This document shows, piece after piece, positions 26,495 through 41,400 of a stretch of DNA of 64,000 nucleotides. The DNA lies in assembly GCF_009914755.1 (NCBI RefSeq), contig NC_060936.1; one strand, 5' to 3'. Source of the stretch: the human T2T-CHM13v2.0 reference genome, Homo sapiens. Both the position numbers and the translations under genes were made by a program. The notes beneath the pieces were generated by a model. It saw only the letters and a list, made by a program, of their open reading frames with translations. It was not told where the DNA came from and did no database searches. The stretch's first letter is position 1; each line of letters opens with the position of its first letter.

Positions 26495-29400
26495 CTAGCG
26501 TTCTATGAAGAAATCCCTTTTCCAACGAAGGCCCCAATGAGGTCCAAATATCTGCTTGCAGACTTTACAGACAGAGTGTTTCCAAACTACTCTATGAAAA
26601 GAAAGCTTAAACTCCTTGAGTTGAACTCACACATCACAAAGTAGTTTCTGAGAATGATTCTGTCTAGTTTTTATACGAAGATGTTACCTTTTCTACATTT
26701 GGTCTCAAAGCGATTGAAATCTCCAACTGGAAACTGCACAAATAGGGTGTTTCAAATCTGCTCTGTCTAAAGGAAGGTTCAACTCTGTGAGTTGAATACA
26801 CACACCACAAAGAAGTTACTGAGAATTCTTCCGTCGAACATTACTTGAAGAAATCCCGTTTCCAACGAAGGCCTCAAAGAGGTCCAAATATCCACTTGCA
26901 GACATTACAAACAGAGTGTTTCCAAACTGCTCCATCAAAAGAAAGGTTAAACTCTGTGAGCTGAACACACACATCAAAAAGTAGTTTTTGTGAATGATTC
27001 TGTCTAGATTTTATAAGAAGATGTTTCCTTTTCTACCGTAGGCCTCAAAGCGCTTGAAATCTCCAGCTGCAAATTCCACAAAAAGGGTGTTTAACATCTG
27101 CTCTTCTAAAGGAAAGTTCAACTCTATGCGTTGAATACACACAGCACAAAGAAGTTACTGAGACTTCTCCTATCAAACATTATATGAAGAAATCCCGTTT
27201 CCAACGAAGGCCTCAAAGAGGTCCAAATATCTGCTTGCAGACTTAACAGACAGAGTGTTTCCAAACTGCTCCATCAAAAGAAAGGTTAAACTCCTTGAGT
27301 TGAACACACACATCACAAAGTAGTTTCTGTGAATGATTCTGTCTAGTTTTTATACGAAGATGTTTCCTTTTCTACCTTTGGTCTCAAAGCGATTGAAATC
27401 TCCACATGGAAACTCCACAAAAAGAGTGTTTCAAATCTGCTCTTTCTGAAGGAAGGTTCAACTCTGTGAGTTGAATACACACACCACAAATAAGTTACTG
27501 AGAATTCTTCTGTGTAACATTATATGAGGAAATCCCGTTTCCAACGAAGGCCTCAAAGAGGTCCAAATATCCACTTGCAGACTTTACAAAGACAGTGTCT
27601 CCAAACTCCTCCATCAAAAGAAAGGTTATACTCTGTGAATTGAATGCACACATCACAAAGTAGTTTCTGAGAATGATTCTGTCTAGTTTTTATACGAAGA
27701 TATTTCCTTTTCTACATTTGGCCTAAAAGCGCTTGAAATCTCCACCTGCAAATATCACAAAAAGAGGGTTTCACATCTGCTCTGTCTAAAGGACAGTTCA
27801 CCTCTGTGAGTTGAATAGAGGCAACACAAAGAACTTTCCCAGTATTCTTCTTTCTAGCGTTCTCTGAAGAAATCCCGTTTCCAACGAAGGCCTCAAAGAG
27901 GTCCAAATATCTGCTTGCAGACTTTACAGACAGAGTGTTTCCAAACTACTCTATGAAAAGAAAGTTTAAACTCCTTGAGTTGAACGCACACATCACAAAG
28001 TAGTTTCTGAGAATGATTCTGTCTAGTTTTTATACGAAGATGTTTCCTTTTCTACATTTGGTCTCAAAGCGATTGAAATCTCCAACTGGAAACTGCACAA
28101 ATAGGGTGTTTCAAATCTGCTCTGTCTAAAGGAAGGTTCAACTCTGTGAGTTGAATACACACACCACAAATAAGTTACTGAGAATTCTTCTGTCGAACAT
28201 TACAGGAAGAAATCCCGTTTCCAACGAAGGCCTCAAAGAGGTCCAAATATCCACTTGCAGACATTACAAACAGTGTGTTTCCCAACTGCTCCATCAAAAG
28301 AAAGGTTAAACTCTGTGAGCTGAACACACTCATCAAAAAGAAGTTTCTGTGAATGATTCTGTCTAGATTTTATATGAAGATGTTTCCTTTTCTACCGTAG
28401 GCCTCAAAGCGCTTGAAATCTCCAGCTGCAAATTCCACAAAAAGGGTGTTTAACATCTGCTCTTCTAAAGGAAAGTTCAACTCTATGAGTTGAATACACA
28501 CAGCACAAAGAAGTTACTGAGACTTCTCCTATCAGACATTATATGAAGAAATCCCGTTTCCAACGAAGGCCTCAAAGAGGTCCAAATATCTGCTTGCAGA
28601 CTTTACAGACAGAGTGTTTCCAAACTGCTCCATCAAAAGAAAGGTTAAACTCCTTGAGTTGAACACACACATCACAAAGTAGTTTCTGTGAATGATTCTG
28701 TCTAGTTTTTATACAAAGATGTTTCCTTTTCTACCTTTGGTCTCAAAGCGATTGAAATCTCCACATGGAAACTCCACAAAAAGAGTGTTTCAAATCTGCT
28801 CTTTCTGAAGGAAGGTTCAACTCTGTGAGTTGAATACACACACCACAAATAAGTTACTGAGAATTCTTCTGTGTAACATTATATGAGGAAATCCCGTTTC
28901 CAACGAAGGCCTCAAAGAGGTCCAAATATCCACTTGCAGACTTTACAAAGACAGTGTCTCCAAACTCCTCCATCAAAAGAAAGGTTATACTCTGTGAATT
29001 GAACGCACACATCACAAAGTAGTTTCTGAGAATGATTCTGTATAGTTTTTATACGAAGATATTTCCTTTTCTACATTTGGCCTAAAAGCGCTTGAAATCT
29101 CCACCTGCAAATATCACAAAAAGAGGGTTTCACATCTGCTCTGTCTAAAGGACAGTTCACCTCTGTGAGTTGAAAAGAGGCAACACAAAGAACTTACTCA
29201 GTATTCTTCTTTCTAGCATTCTATGAAGAAATCCCGTTTCCAACGAATGCCCCAAAGAGGTCCAAATATCTGCTTGCAGACTTTACAGACAGAGTTTTTC
29301 CGAACTGCTCCATCAAAAGAAATGTTAAACTCCTTGAGTTGAACACACACATCACAAAGTAGTTTCTGTGAATGATTCTGTCTAGTTTTTATAAGAAGAT

Positions 29401-32400
29401 GTTTCCTTTTCTACCTTTGGTCTCAAAGCGATTGAAATCTCCACATGGAAACTCCACAAAAAGAGTGTTTCAAATCTGCTCTTTCTGAAGGAAGGTTCAA
29501 CTCTGTGAGTTGAATGCACACACCACAAATAAGTTACTGAGAATTCTTCTGTGTAACATTATATGAGGAAATCCCGTTTCCAACGAAGGCCTCAAAGAGG
29601 TCCAAATATCCACTTGCAGACTTTACAAAGACAGTGTCTCCAAACTCCTCCATCAAAAGAAAGGTTATACTCTGTGAATTGAACACACACATCACAAAAT
29701 AGTTTCTGAGAATGATTCTGTCTAGTTTTTATACGAAGATATTTCCTTTTCTACATTTGGCCTAAAAGCGCTTGAAATCTCCACCTGCAAATATCACAAA
29801 AAGAGGGTTTCACATCTGCTCTGTCTAAAGGACAGTTCACCTCTGTGAGTTGAATAGAGGCAACACAAAGAACTTACTCAGTATTCTTCTTTCCAGCGTT
29901 CTATGAAGAAATCCCGTTTCCAACGAAGGCCTCAAAGAGGTCAAATATCTGCTTGCAGACTTTACAGACAGAGTGTTTCCAAACTACTCTATGAAAAGAA
30001 AGCTTAAACTCCTTGAGTTGAACGCACACATCACAAAGTAGTTTCTGAGAATGATTCTGTCTAGTTTTTATACGAAGATGTTTCCCTTTCTACATTTGGT
30101 CTCAAAGCGATTGAAATCTCCAACTGGAAACTGCACAAATAGGCTGTTTCAAATCTGCTCTGTCTAAAGGAAGGTTCAACTCTGTGAGTTGAATACACAC
30201 ACCACAAATAAGTTACTGAGAATTCTTCTGTCGAACATTAGAGGAAGAAATCCCGTTTCCAACGAAGGCCTCAAAGAGGTCCAAATATCCACTTGCAGAC
30301 ATTACAAACAGTGTGTTTCCCAACTGCTCCATCAAAAGAAAGGTTAAACTCTGTGAGCTGAACACACACATCAAAAAGAAGTTTCTGTGAATGATTCTGT
30401 CTAGATTTTATAAGAAGATGTTTCCTTTTCTACCGTAGGCCTCAAAGCGCTTGAAATCTCCAGCTGCAAATTCCACAAAAAGGGTGTTTAACATCTGCTC
30501 TTCTAAAGGAAAGTTCAACTCTGTGAGTTGAATACACACAGCACAAAGAAGTTACTGAGACTTCTCCTATCAAACATTATATGAAGAAATCCCGTTTCCA
30601 ACGAAGGCCTCAAAGAGGTCCAAATATCTGCTTGCAGACTTTACAGACAGTGTGTTTCCAAACTGCTCCATCAAAAGAAAGGTTAAACTCCTTGAGTTGA
30701 ACACACACATCACAAAGTAGTTTCTGTGAATGATTCTGTCTAGTTTTTATACGAAGACGTTTACTTTTCTACCTTTGGTCTCAAAGCGATTGAAATCTCC
30801 ACATGGAAACTCCACAAAAAGAGTGTTTCAAATCTGCTCTTTCTGAAGGAAGGTTCAACTCTGTGAGTTGAATACACACACCACAAATAAGTTACTGAGA
30901 ATTCTTCTGTGTAACATTATATGAGGAAATCCCGTTTCCAACGAAGGCCTTAAAGAGTTCCAAATATCCACTTGCAGACTTTACAAAGACAGTGTCTCCA
31001 AACTCCTCCATCAAAAGAAAGGTTATACTCTGTGAATTGAACGCACACATCACAAAGTAGTTTCTGAGAATGATTCTGTCTAGTTTTTATACGAAGATAT
31101 TTCCTTTTCTACATTTGGCCTAAAAGCGCTTGAAATCTCCACCTGCAAATATCACAAAAAGAGGGTTTCACATCTGCTCTGTCTAAAGGACAGTTCACCT
31201 CTGTGAGTTGAATAGAGGCAACACAAAGAACTTACTCAGTATTCTTCTTTCTAGCATTCTATGAAGAAATCCCGTTTCCAACGAAGGCCCCAAAGAGGTC
31301 CAAATATCTGCTTGCAGACTTTACAGACAGAGTTTTTCCAAACTGCTCCATCAAAAGAAAGGTTAAACTCCTTGAGTTGAACACACACATCACAAATTAG
31401 TTTCTGTGAATGATTCTGTCTAGTTTTTATAAGAAGATGTTTCCTTTTCTACCTTTGGTCTCAAAGCGATTGAAATCTCCACATGGAAACTCCACAAAAA
31501 GAGTGTTTCAAATCTGCTCTTTCTGAAGGAAGGTTCAACTCTGTGAGTTGAATACACACACCACAAATAAGTTACTGAGAATTCTTCTGTGTAACATTAT
31601 ATGAGGAAATCCCGTTTCCAACGAAGGCCTCAAAGAGGTCCAAATATCCACTTGCAGACTTTACAAAGACAGTGTCTCCAAACTCCTCCATCAAAAGAAA
31701 GGTTATACTCTGTGAATTGAACGCACACATCACAAAGTAGTTTCTGAGAATGATTCTGTCTAGTTTTTATACGAAGATATTTCCTTTTCTACATTTGGCC
31801 TAAAAGCGCTTGAAATCTCCACCTGCAAATATCACAAAAAGAGGGTTTCACATCTGCTCTGTCTAAAGGACAGTTCACCTCTGTGAGTTGAATAGAGGCA
31901 ACACAAAGAACTTACTCAGTATTCTTCTTTCTAGCGTTCTATGAAGAAATCCCGTTTCCAACGAAGGCCTCAAAGAGGTCAAATATCTGCTTGCAGACTT
32001 TACAGACAGAGTGTTTCCAAACTACTCTATGAAAAGAAAGCTTAAACTCCTTGAGTTGAACGCACACATCACAAAGTAGTTACTGAGAATGATTCTGTCT
32101 AGTTTTTATACGAAGATGTTTCCCTTTCTACATTTGGTCTCAAAGCGATTGAAATCTCCAACTGGAAACTGCACAAATAGGCTGTTTCAAATCTGCTCTG
32201 TCTAAAGGAAGGTTCAACTCTGTGAGTTGAATACACACACCACAAATAAGTTACTGAGAATTCTTCTGTCGAACATTACAGGAAGAAATCCCGTTTCCAA
32301 CGAAGGCCTCAAAGAGGTCCAAATATCCACTTGCAGACATTACAAACAGTGTGTTTCCCAACTGCTCCATCAAAAGAAAGGTTAAACTCTGTGAGCTGAA

Positions 32401-35400
32401 CACACACATCAAAAAGAAGTTTCTGTGAATGATTCTGTCTAGATTTTATAAGAAGATGTTTCCTTTTCTACCGTAGGCCTCAAAGCGCTTGAAATCTCCA
32501 GCTGCAAATTCCACAAAAAGGGTGTTTAACATCTGCTCTTCTAAAGGAAAGTTCAACTCTATGAGTTGAATACACACAGCACAAAGAAGTTACTGAGACT
32601 TCTCCTATCAAACATTATATGACGAAATCCCGTTTCCAACGAAGGCCTCAAAGAGGTCCAAATATCTGCTTGCAGACTTTACAGACAGTGTGTTTCCAAA
32701 CTGCTCCATCAAAAGAAAGGTTAAACTCCTTTAGTTGAACACACACATCACAAAGTAGTTTCTGTGAATGATTCTGTCTAGTTTTTATACGAAGATGTTT
32801 GCTTTTCTACCTTTGGCCTCAAAGCGATTGAAATCTCCACATGGAAACTCCACAAAAAGAGTGTTTCAAATCTGCTCTTTCTGAAGGAAGGTTCAACTCT
32901 GTGAGTTGAATACACACACCACAAATAAGTTACTGAGAATTCTTCTGTGTAACATTATATGAGGAAATCCCGTTTCCAACGAAGGCCTCAAAGAGGTCCA
33001 AATATCCACTTGCAGACTTTACAAAGACAGTGTCTCCAAACTCCTCCATCAAAAGAAAGGTTATACTCTGTGAATTGAACGCACACATCACAAAGTAGTT
33101 TCTGAGAATGATTCTGTCTAGTTTTTATACGAAGATATTTCCTTTTCTACATTTGGCCTAAAAGCGCTTGAAATCTCCAGCTGCAAATATCACAAAAAGA
33201 GGGTTTCACATCTGCTCTGTCTAAAGGACAGTTCACCTCTGTGAGTTGAATAGAGGCAACACAAAGAACTTACTCAGTATTCTTCTTTCTAGCATTCTAT
33301 GAAGAAATCCCATTTCCAACGAAGGCCCCAAAGAGGTCCAAATATCTGCCTGCAGACTTTACAGACAGAGTTTTTCCAAACTGCTCCATCAAAAGAAAGG
33401 TTAAACTCCTTGAGTTGAACACACACATCACAAAGTAGTTTCTGTGAATGATTCTGTCTAGTTTTTATACGAAGATGTTTCCTTTTCTACCTTTGGTCTC
33501 AAAGCGATTGAAATCTCCACATGGAAACTCCACAAAAAGAGTGTTTCATATCTGCTCTTTCTGAAGGAAGGTTCAACTCTGTGAGTTGAATACACACACC
33601 ACAAATAAGTTACTGAGAATTCTTCTGTGTAACATTATATGAGGAAATCCCGTTTCCAACGAAGGCCTCAAAGAGGTCCAAATATCCACTTGCAGACTTT
33701 ACAAAGACAGTGTCTCCAAACTCCTCCATCAAAAGAAAGGTTATACTCTGTGAATTGAACGCACACATCACAAAGTAGTTTCTGAGAATGATTCTGTCTA
33801 GTTTTTATACGAAGATATTTCCTTTTCTACATTTGGCCTAAAAGCGCTTGAAATCTCCACCTGCAAATATCACAAAAAGAGGGTTTCACATCTGCTCTGT
33901 CTAAAGGACAGTTCACCTCTGTGAGTTGAATAGAGGCAACACAAAGAACTTACTCAGTATTCTTCTTTCTAGCGTTCTATGAAGAAATCCCGTTTCCAAC
34001 GAAGGCCTCAAAGAGGTCAAATATCTGCTTGCAGACTTTACAGACAGAGTGTTTCCAAACTACTCTATGAAAAGAAAGCTTAAACTCCTTGAGTTGAACG
34101 CACACATCACAAAGTAGTTTCTGAGAATGATTCTGTCTAGTTTTTATACGAAGATGTTCCCTTTTCTACATTTGGTCTCAAAGCGATTGAAATCTCCAAC
34201 TGGAAACTCCACAAATAGGCTGTTTCAAATCTGCTCTGTCTAAAGGAAGGTTCAACTCTGTGAGTTGAATACACACACCACAAATAAGTTACTGAGAATT
34301 CTTCTGTCGAACATTACTTGAAGAAATCCCGTTTCCAACGAAGGCCTCAAAGAGGTCCAAATATCCACTTGCAGACATTACAAACAGAGTGTTTCCAAAC
34401 TGCTCCATCAAAAGAAAGGTTAAACTCTGTGAGCTGAACACACACATCAAAAAGAAGTTTCTGTGAATGATTCTGTCTAGATTTTATAAGAAGATGTTTC
34501 CTTTTCTCCCGTAGGCCTCAAAGCGCTTGAAATCTCCAGCAGCAAATTCCACAAAAAGGGTGTTTAACATCTGCTCTTCTAAAGGAAAGTTCAACTCTAT
34601 GAGTTGAATACACACAGCACAAAGAAGTTACTGAGACTTCTCCTATCAAACATTATATGAAGAAATCCCGTTTCCAACGAAGGCCTCAAAGAGGTCCAAA
34701 TATCTGCTTGCAGACTTTACAGACAGTGTGTTTCCAAACTGCTCCATCAAAAGAAAGGTTAAACTCCTTGAGTTGAACACACACATCACAAAGTAGTTTC
34801 TGTGAATGATTCTGTCTAGTTTTTATACGAAGATGTTTGCTTTTCTACCTTTGGCCTCAAAGCGATTGAAATCTCCACATGGAAACTCCACAAAAAGAGT
34901 GTTTCAAATCTGCTCTTTCTGAAGGAAGGTTCAACTCTGTGAGTTGAATACACACACCGCAAATAAGTTACTGAGAATTCTTCTGTGTAACATTATATGA
35001 GGAAATCCCGTTTCCAACGAAGGCCTCAAAGAGGTCCAAATATCCACTTGCAGACTTTACAAAGACAGTGTCTCCAAACTCCTCCATCAAAAGAAAGGTT
35101 ATACTCTGTGAATTGAACGCACACATCACAAAGTAGTTTCTGAGAATGATTCTGTCTAGTTTTTATACGAAGATATTTCCTTTTCTACATTTGGCCTAAA
35201 AGCGCTTGAAATCTCCACCTGCAAATATCACAAAAAGAGGGTTTCACATCTGCTCTGTCTAAAGGACAGTTCACCTCTGTGAGTTGAATAGAGGCAACAC
35301 AAAGAACTTACTCAGTATTCTTCTTTCTAGCATTCTATGAAGAAATCCCATTTCCAACGAAGGCCCCAAAGAGGTCCAAATATCTGCCTGCAGACTTTAC

Positions 35401-38400
35401 AGACAGAGTTTTTCCAAACTGCTCCATCAAAAGAAAGGTTAAACTCCTTGAGTTGAACACACACATCACAAAGTAGTTTCTGTGAATGATTCTGTCTAGT
35501 TTTTATACGAAGATGTTTCCTTTTCTACCTTTGGTCTCAAAGCGATTGAAATCTCCACATGGAAACTCCACAAAAAGAGTGTTTCAAATCTGCTCTTTCT
35601 GAAGGAAGGTTCAACTCTGTGAGTTGAATACACACACCACAAATAAGTTACTGAGAATTCTTCTGTGTAACATTATATGAGGAAATCCCGTTTCCAACGA
35701 AGGCCTCAAAGAGGTCCAAATATCCACTTGCAGACTTTACAAAGACAGTGTCTCCAAACTCCTCCATCAAAAGAAAGGTTATACTCTGTGAATTGAACGC
35801 ACACATCACAAAGTAGTTTCTGAGAATGATTCTGTCTAGTTTTTATACGAAGATATTTCCTTTTCTACATTTGGCCTAAAAGCGCTTGAAATCTCCACCT
35901 GCAAATATCACAAAAAGAGGGTTTCACATCTGCTCTGTCTAAAGGACAGTTCACCTCTGTGAGTTGAATAGAGGCAACACAAAGAACTTACTCAGTATTC
36001 TTCTTTCTAGCGTTCTATGAAGAAATCCCGTTTCCAACGAAGGCCTCAAAGAGGTCAAATATCTGCTTGCAGACTTTACAGACAGAGTGTTTCCAAACTA
36101 CTCTATGAAAAGAAAGCTTAAACTCCTTGAGTTGAACGCACACATCACAAAGTAGTTTCTGAGAATGATTCTGTCTAGTTTTTATACGAAGATGTTCCCT
36201 TTTCTACATTTGGTCTCAAAGCGATTGAAATCTCCAACTGGAAACTCCACAAATAGGCTGTTTCAAATCTGCTCTGTCTAAAGGAAGGTTCAACTCTGTG
36301 AGTTGAATACACACACCACAAATAAGTTACTGAGAATTCTTCTGTCGAACATTACTTGAAGAAATCCCGTTTCCAACGAAGGCCTCAAAGAGGTCCAAAT
36401 ATCCACTTGCAGACATTACAAACAGAGTGTTTCCAAACTGCTCCATCAAAAGAAAGGTTAAACTCTGTGAGCTGAACACACACATCAAAAAGAAGTTTCT
36501 GTGAATGATTCTGTCTAGATTTTATAAGAAGATGTTTCCTTTTCTACCGTAGGCCTCAAAGCGCTTGAAATCTCCAGCTGCAAATTCCACAAAAAGGGTG
36601 TTTAACATCTGCTCTTCTAAAGGAAAGTTCAACTCTATGAGTTGAATACACACAGCACAAAGAAGTTACTGAGACTTCTCCTATCAAACATTATATGAAG
36701 AAATCCCGTTTCCAACGAAGGCCTCAAAGAGGTCCAAATATCTGCTTGCAGACTTTACAGACAGAGTGTTTCCAAACTGCTCCATCAAAAGAAAGGTTAA
36801 ACTCCTTGAGTTGAACACACACATCACAAAGTAGTTTCTGTGAATGATTCTGTCTAGTTTTTATACGAAGATGTTTCCTTTTCTACCTTTGGTCTCAAAG
36901 CGATTGAAATCTCCACATGGAAACTCCACCAAAAGAGTGTTTCAAATCTGCTCTCTCTGAAGGAAGGTTCAACTCTGTGAGTTGAATACAGACACCACAA
37001 ATAAGTTACTGAGAATTCTTCTGTGTAACATTATATGAGGAAATCCCGTTTCCAACGAAGGCCTCAAAGAGGTCCAAATATCCACTTGCAGACTTTACAA
37101 AGACAGTGTCTCCAAACTCCTCCATCAAAAGAAAGGTTATACTCTGTGAATTGAACGCACACATCACAAAGTAGTTTCTGAGAATGATTCTGTCTAGTTT
37201 TTATACGAAGATATTTCCTTTTCTACATTTGGCCTAAAAGCGCTTGAAATCTCCACCTGCAAATATCACAAAAAGAGGGTTTCACATCTGCTCTGTGTAA
37301 AGGACAGTTCACCTCTGTGAGTTGAATAGAGGCAACACAAAGAACTTACTCAGTATTCTTCTTTCTAGCGTTCTATGAAGAAATCCCGTTTCCAACGAAG
37401 GCCTCAAAGAGGTCAAATATCTGCTTGCAGACTTTACAGACAGAGTGTTTCCAAACTACTCTATGAAAAGAAAGCTTAAACTCCTTGAGTTGAACGCACA
37501 CATCACAAAGTAGTTTCTGAGAATGATTCTGTCTAGTTTTTATACGAAGATGTTTCCCTTTCTACATTTGGTCTCAAAGCGATTGAAATCTCCAACTGGA
37601 AACTGCACAAATAGGCTGTTTCAAATCTGCTCTGTCTAAAGGAAGGTTCAACTCTGTGAGTTGAATACACACACCACAAATAAGTTACTGAGAATTCTTC
37701 TGTCGAACATTAGAGGAAGAAATCCCGTTTCCAACGAAGGCCTCAAAGAGGTCCAAATATCCACTTGCAGACATTACAAACAGTGTGTTTCCCAACTGCT
37801 CCATCAAAAGAAAGGTTAAACTCTGTGAGCTGAACACACACATCAAAAAGAAGTTTCTGTGAATGATTCTGTCTAGATTTTATAAGAAGATGTTTCCTTT
37901 TCTACCGTAGGCCTCAAAGCGCTTGAAATCTCCAGCTGCAAATTCCACAAAAAGGGTGTTTAACATCTGCTCTTCTAAAGGAAAGTTCAACTCTGTGAGT
38001 TGAATACACACAGCACAAAGAAGTTACTGAGACTTCTCCTATCAAACATTATATGAAGAAATCCCGTTTCCAACGAAGGCCTCAAAGAGGTCCAAATATC
38101 TGCTTGCAGACTTTACAGACAGTGTGTTTCCAAACTGCTCCATCAAAAGAAAGGTTAAACTCCTTGAGTTGAACACACACATCACAAAGTAGTTTCTGTG
38201 AATGATTCTGTCTAGTTTTTATACGAAGACGTTTACTTTTCTACCTTTGGTCTCAAAGCGATTGAAATCTCCACATGGAAACTCCACAAAAAGAGTGTTT
38301 CAAATCTGCTCTTTCTGAAGGAAGGTTCAACTCTGTGAGTTGAATACACACACCACAAATAAGTTACTGAGAATTCTTCTGTGTAACATTATATGAGGAA

Positions 38401-41400
38401 ATCCCGTTTCCAACGAAGGCCTTAAAGAGTTCCAAATATCCACTTGCAGACTTTACAAAGACAGTGTCTCCAAACTCCTCCATCAAAAGAAAGGTTATAC
38501 TCTGTGAATTGAATGCACACATCACAAAGTAGTTTCTGAGAATGATTCTGTCTAGTTTTTATACGAAGATATTTCCTTTTCTACATTTGGCCTAAAAGCG
38601 CTTGAAATCTCCACCTGCAAATATCACAAAAAGAGGGTTTCACATCTGCTCTGTCTAAAGGACAGTTCACCTCTGTGAGTTGAATAGAGGCAACACAAAG
38701 AACTTACTCAGTATTCTTCTTTCTAGCATTCTATGAAGAAATCCCGTTTCCAACGAAGGCCCCAAGGAGGTCCAAATATCTGCTTGCAGACTTTACAGAC
38801 AGAGTTTTTCCAAACTGCTCCATCAAAAGAAAGGTTAAACTCCTTGAGTTGAACACACACATCACAAAGTAGTTTCTGTGAATGATTCTGTCTAGTTTTT
38901 ATAAGAAGATGTTTCCTTTTCTACCTTTGGTCTCAAAGCGATTGAAATCTCCACATGGAAACTCCACAAAAAGAGTGTTTCAAATCTGCTCTTTCTGAAG
39001 GAAGGTTCAACTCTGTGAGTTGAATACACACACCACAAATAAGTTACTGAGAATTCTTCTGTGTAACATTATATGAGGAAATCCCGTTTCCAACGAAGGC
39101 CTCAAAGAGGTCCAAATATCCACTTGCAGACTTTACAAAGACAGTGTCTCCAAACTCCTCCATCAAAAGAAAGGTTATACTCTGTGAATTGAACGCACAC
39201 ATCACAAAGTAGTTTCTGAGAATGATTCTGTCTAGTTTTTATACGAAGATATTTCCTTTTCTACATTTGGCCTAAAAGCGCTTGAAATCTCCACCTGCAA
39301 ATATCACAAAAAGAGGTTTTCACATCTGCTCTGTCTAAAGGACAGTTCACCTCTGTGAGTTGAATAGAGGCAACACAAAGAACTTACTCAGTATTCTTCT
39401 TTCTAGCGTTCTATGAAGAAATCCCGTTTCCAACGAAGGCCTCAAAGAGGTCAAATATCTGCTTGCAGACTTTACAGACAGAGTGTTTCCAAACTACTCT
39501 ATGAAAAGAAAGCTTAAACTCCTTGAGTTGAACGCACACATCACAAAGTAGTTTCTGAGAATGATTCTGTCTAGTTTTTATACGAAGATGTTTCCCTTTC
39601 TACATTTGGTCTCAAAGCGATTGAAATCTCCAACTGGAAACTGCACAAATAGGCTGTTTCAAATCTGCTCTGTCTAAAGGAAGGTTCAACTCTGTGAGTT
39701 GAATACACACACCACAAATAAGTTACTGAGAATTCTTCTGTCGAACATTAGAGGAAGAAATCCCGTTTCCAACAGAGGCCTCAAAGAGGTCCAAATATCC
39801 ACTTGCAGACATTACAAACAGTGTGTTTCCCAACTGCTCCATCAAAAGAAAGGTTAAACTCTGTGAGCTGAACACACACATCAAAAAGAAGTTTCTGTGA
39901 ATGATTCTGTCTAGATTTTATAAGAAGATGTTTCCTTTTCTACCGTAGGCCTCAAAGCGCTTGAAATCTCCAGCTGCAAATTCCACAAAAAGGGTGTTTA
40001 ACATCTGCTCTTCTAAAGGAAAGTTCAACTCTGTGAGTTGAATACACACAGCACAAAGAAGTTACTGAGACTTCTCCTATCAAACATTATATGAAGAAAT
40101 CCCGTTTCCAACGAAGGCCTCAAAGAGGTCCAAATATCTGCTTGCAGACTTTACAGACAGTGTGTTTCCAAACTGCTCCATCAAAAGAAAGGTTAAACTC
40201 CTTGAGTTGAACACACACATCACAAAGTAGTTTCTGTGAATGATTCTGTCTAGTTTTTATACGAAGACGTTTACTTTTCTACCTTTGGTCTCAAAGCGAT
40301 TGAAATCTCCACATGGAAACTCCACAAAAAGAGTGTTTCAAATCTGCTCTTTCTGAAGGAAGGTTCAACTCTGTGAGTTGAATACACACACCACAAATAA
40401 GTTACTGAGAATTCTTCTGTGTAACATTATATGAGGAAATCCCGTTTCCAACGAAGGCCTTAAAGAGTTCCAAATATCCACTTGCAGACTTTACAAAGAC
40501 AGTGTCTCCAAACTCCTCCATCAAAAGAAAGGTTATACTCTGTGAATTGAACGCACACATCACAAAGTAGTTTCTGAGAATGATTCTGTCTAGTTTTTAT
40601 ACGAAGATATTTCCTTTTCTACATTTGGCCTAAAAGCGCTTGAAATCTCCACCTGCAAATATCACAAAAAGAGGGTTTCACATCTGCTCTGTCTAAAGGA
40701 CAGTTCACCTCTGTGAGTTGAATAGAGGCAACACAAAGAACTTACTCAGTATTCTTCTTTCTAGCATTCTATGAAGAAATCCCGTTTCCAACGAAGGCCC
40801 CAAGGAGGTCCAAATATCTGCTTGCAGACTTTACAGACAGAGTTTTTCCAAACTGCTCCATCAAAAGAAAGGTTAAACTCCTTGAGTTGAACACACACAT
40901 CACAAAGTAGTTTCTGTGAATGATTCTGTCTAGTTTTTATACGAAGATGTTTCCTTTTCTACCTTTGGTCTCAAAGCGATTGAAATCTCCACATGGAAAC
41001 TCCACAAAAAGAGTGTTTCAAATCTGCTCTTTCTGAAGGAAGGTTCAACTCTGTGAGTTGAATACACACACCACAAATAAGTTACTGAGAATTCTTCTGT
41101 GTAACATTATATGAGGAAATCCCGTTTCCAACGAAGGCCTCAAAGAGGTCCAAATATCCACTTGCAGACTTTACAAAGACAGTGTCTCCAAACTCCTCCA
41201 TCAAAAGAAAGGTTATACTCTGTGAATTGAACGCACACATCACAAAGTAGTTTCTGAGAATGATTCTGTCTAGTTTTTATACGAAGATATTTCCTTTTCT
41301 ACATTTGGCCTAAAAGCGCTTGAAATCTCCACCTGCAAATATCACAAAAAGAGGGTTTCACATCTGCTCTGTCTAAAGGACAGTTCACCTCTGTGAGTTG

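Noticed and set aside
27712-27906. 64-aa minus-strand ORF
   Set aside because: Satellite translation opened by local SNVs (~27836-27865); the listed start does not correspond to an ATG.
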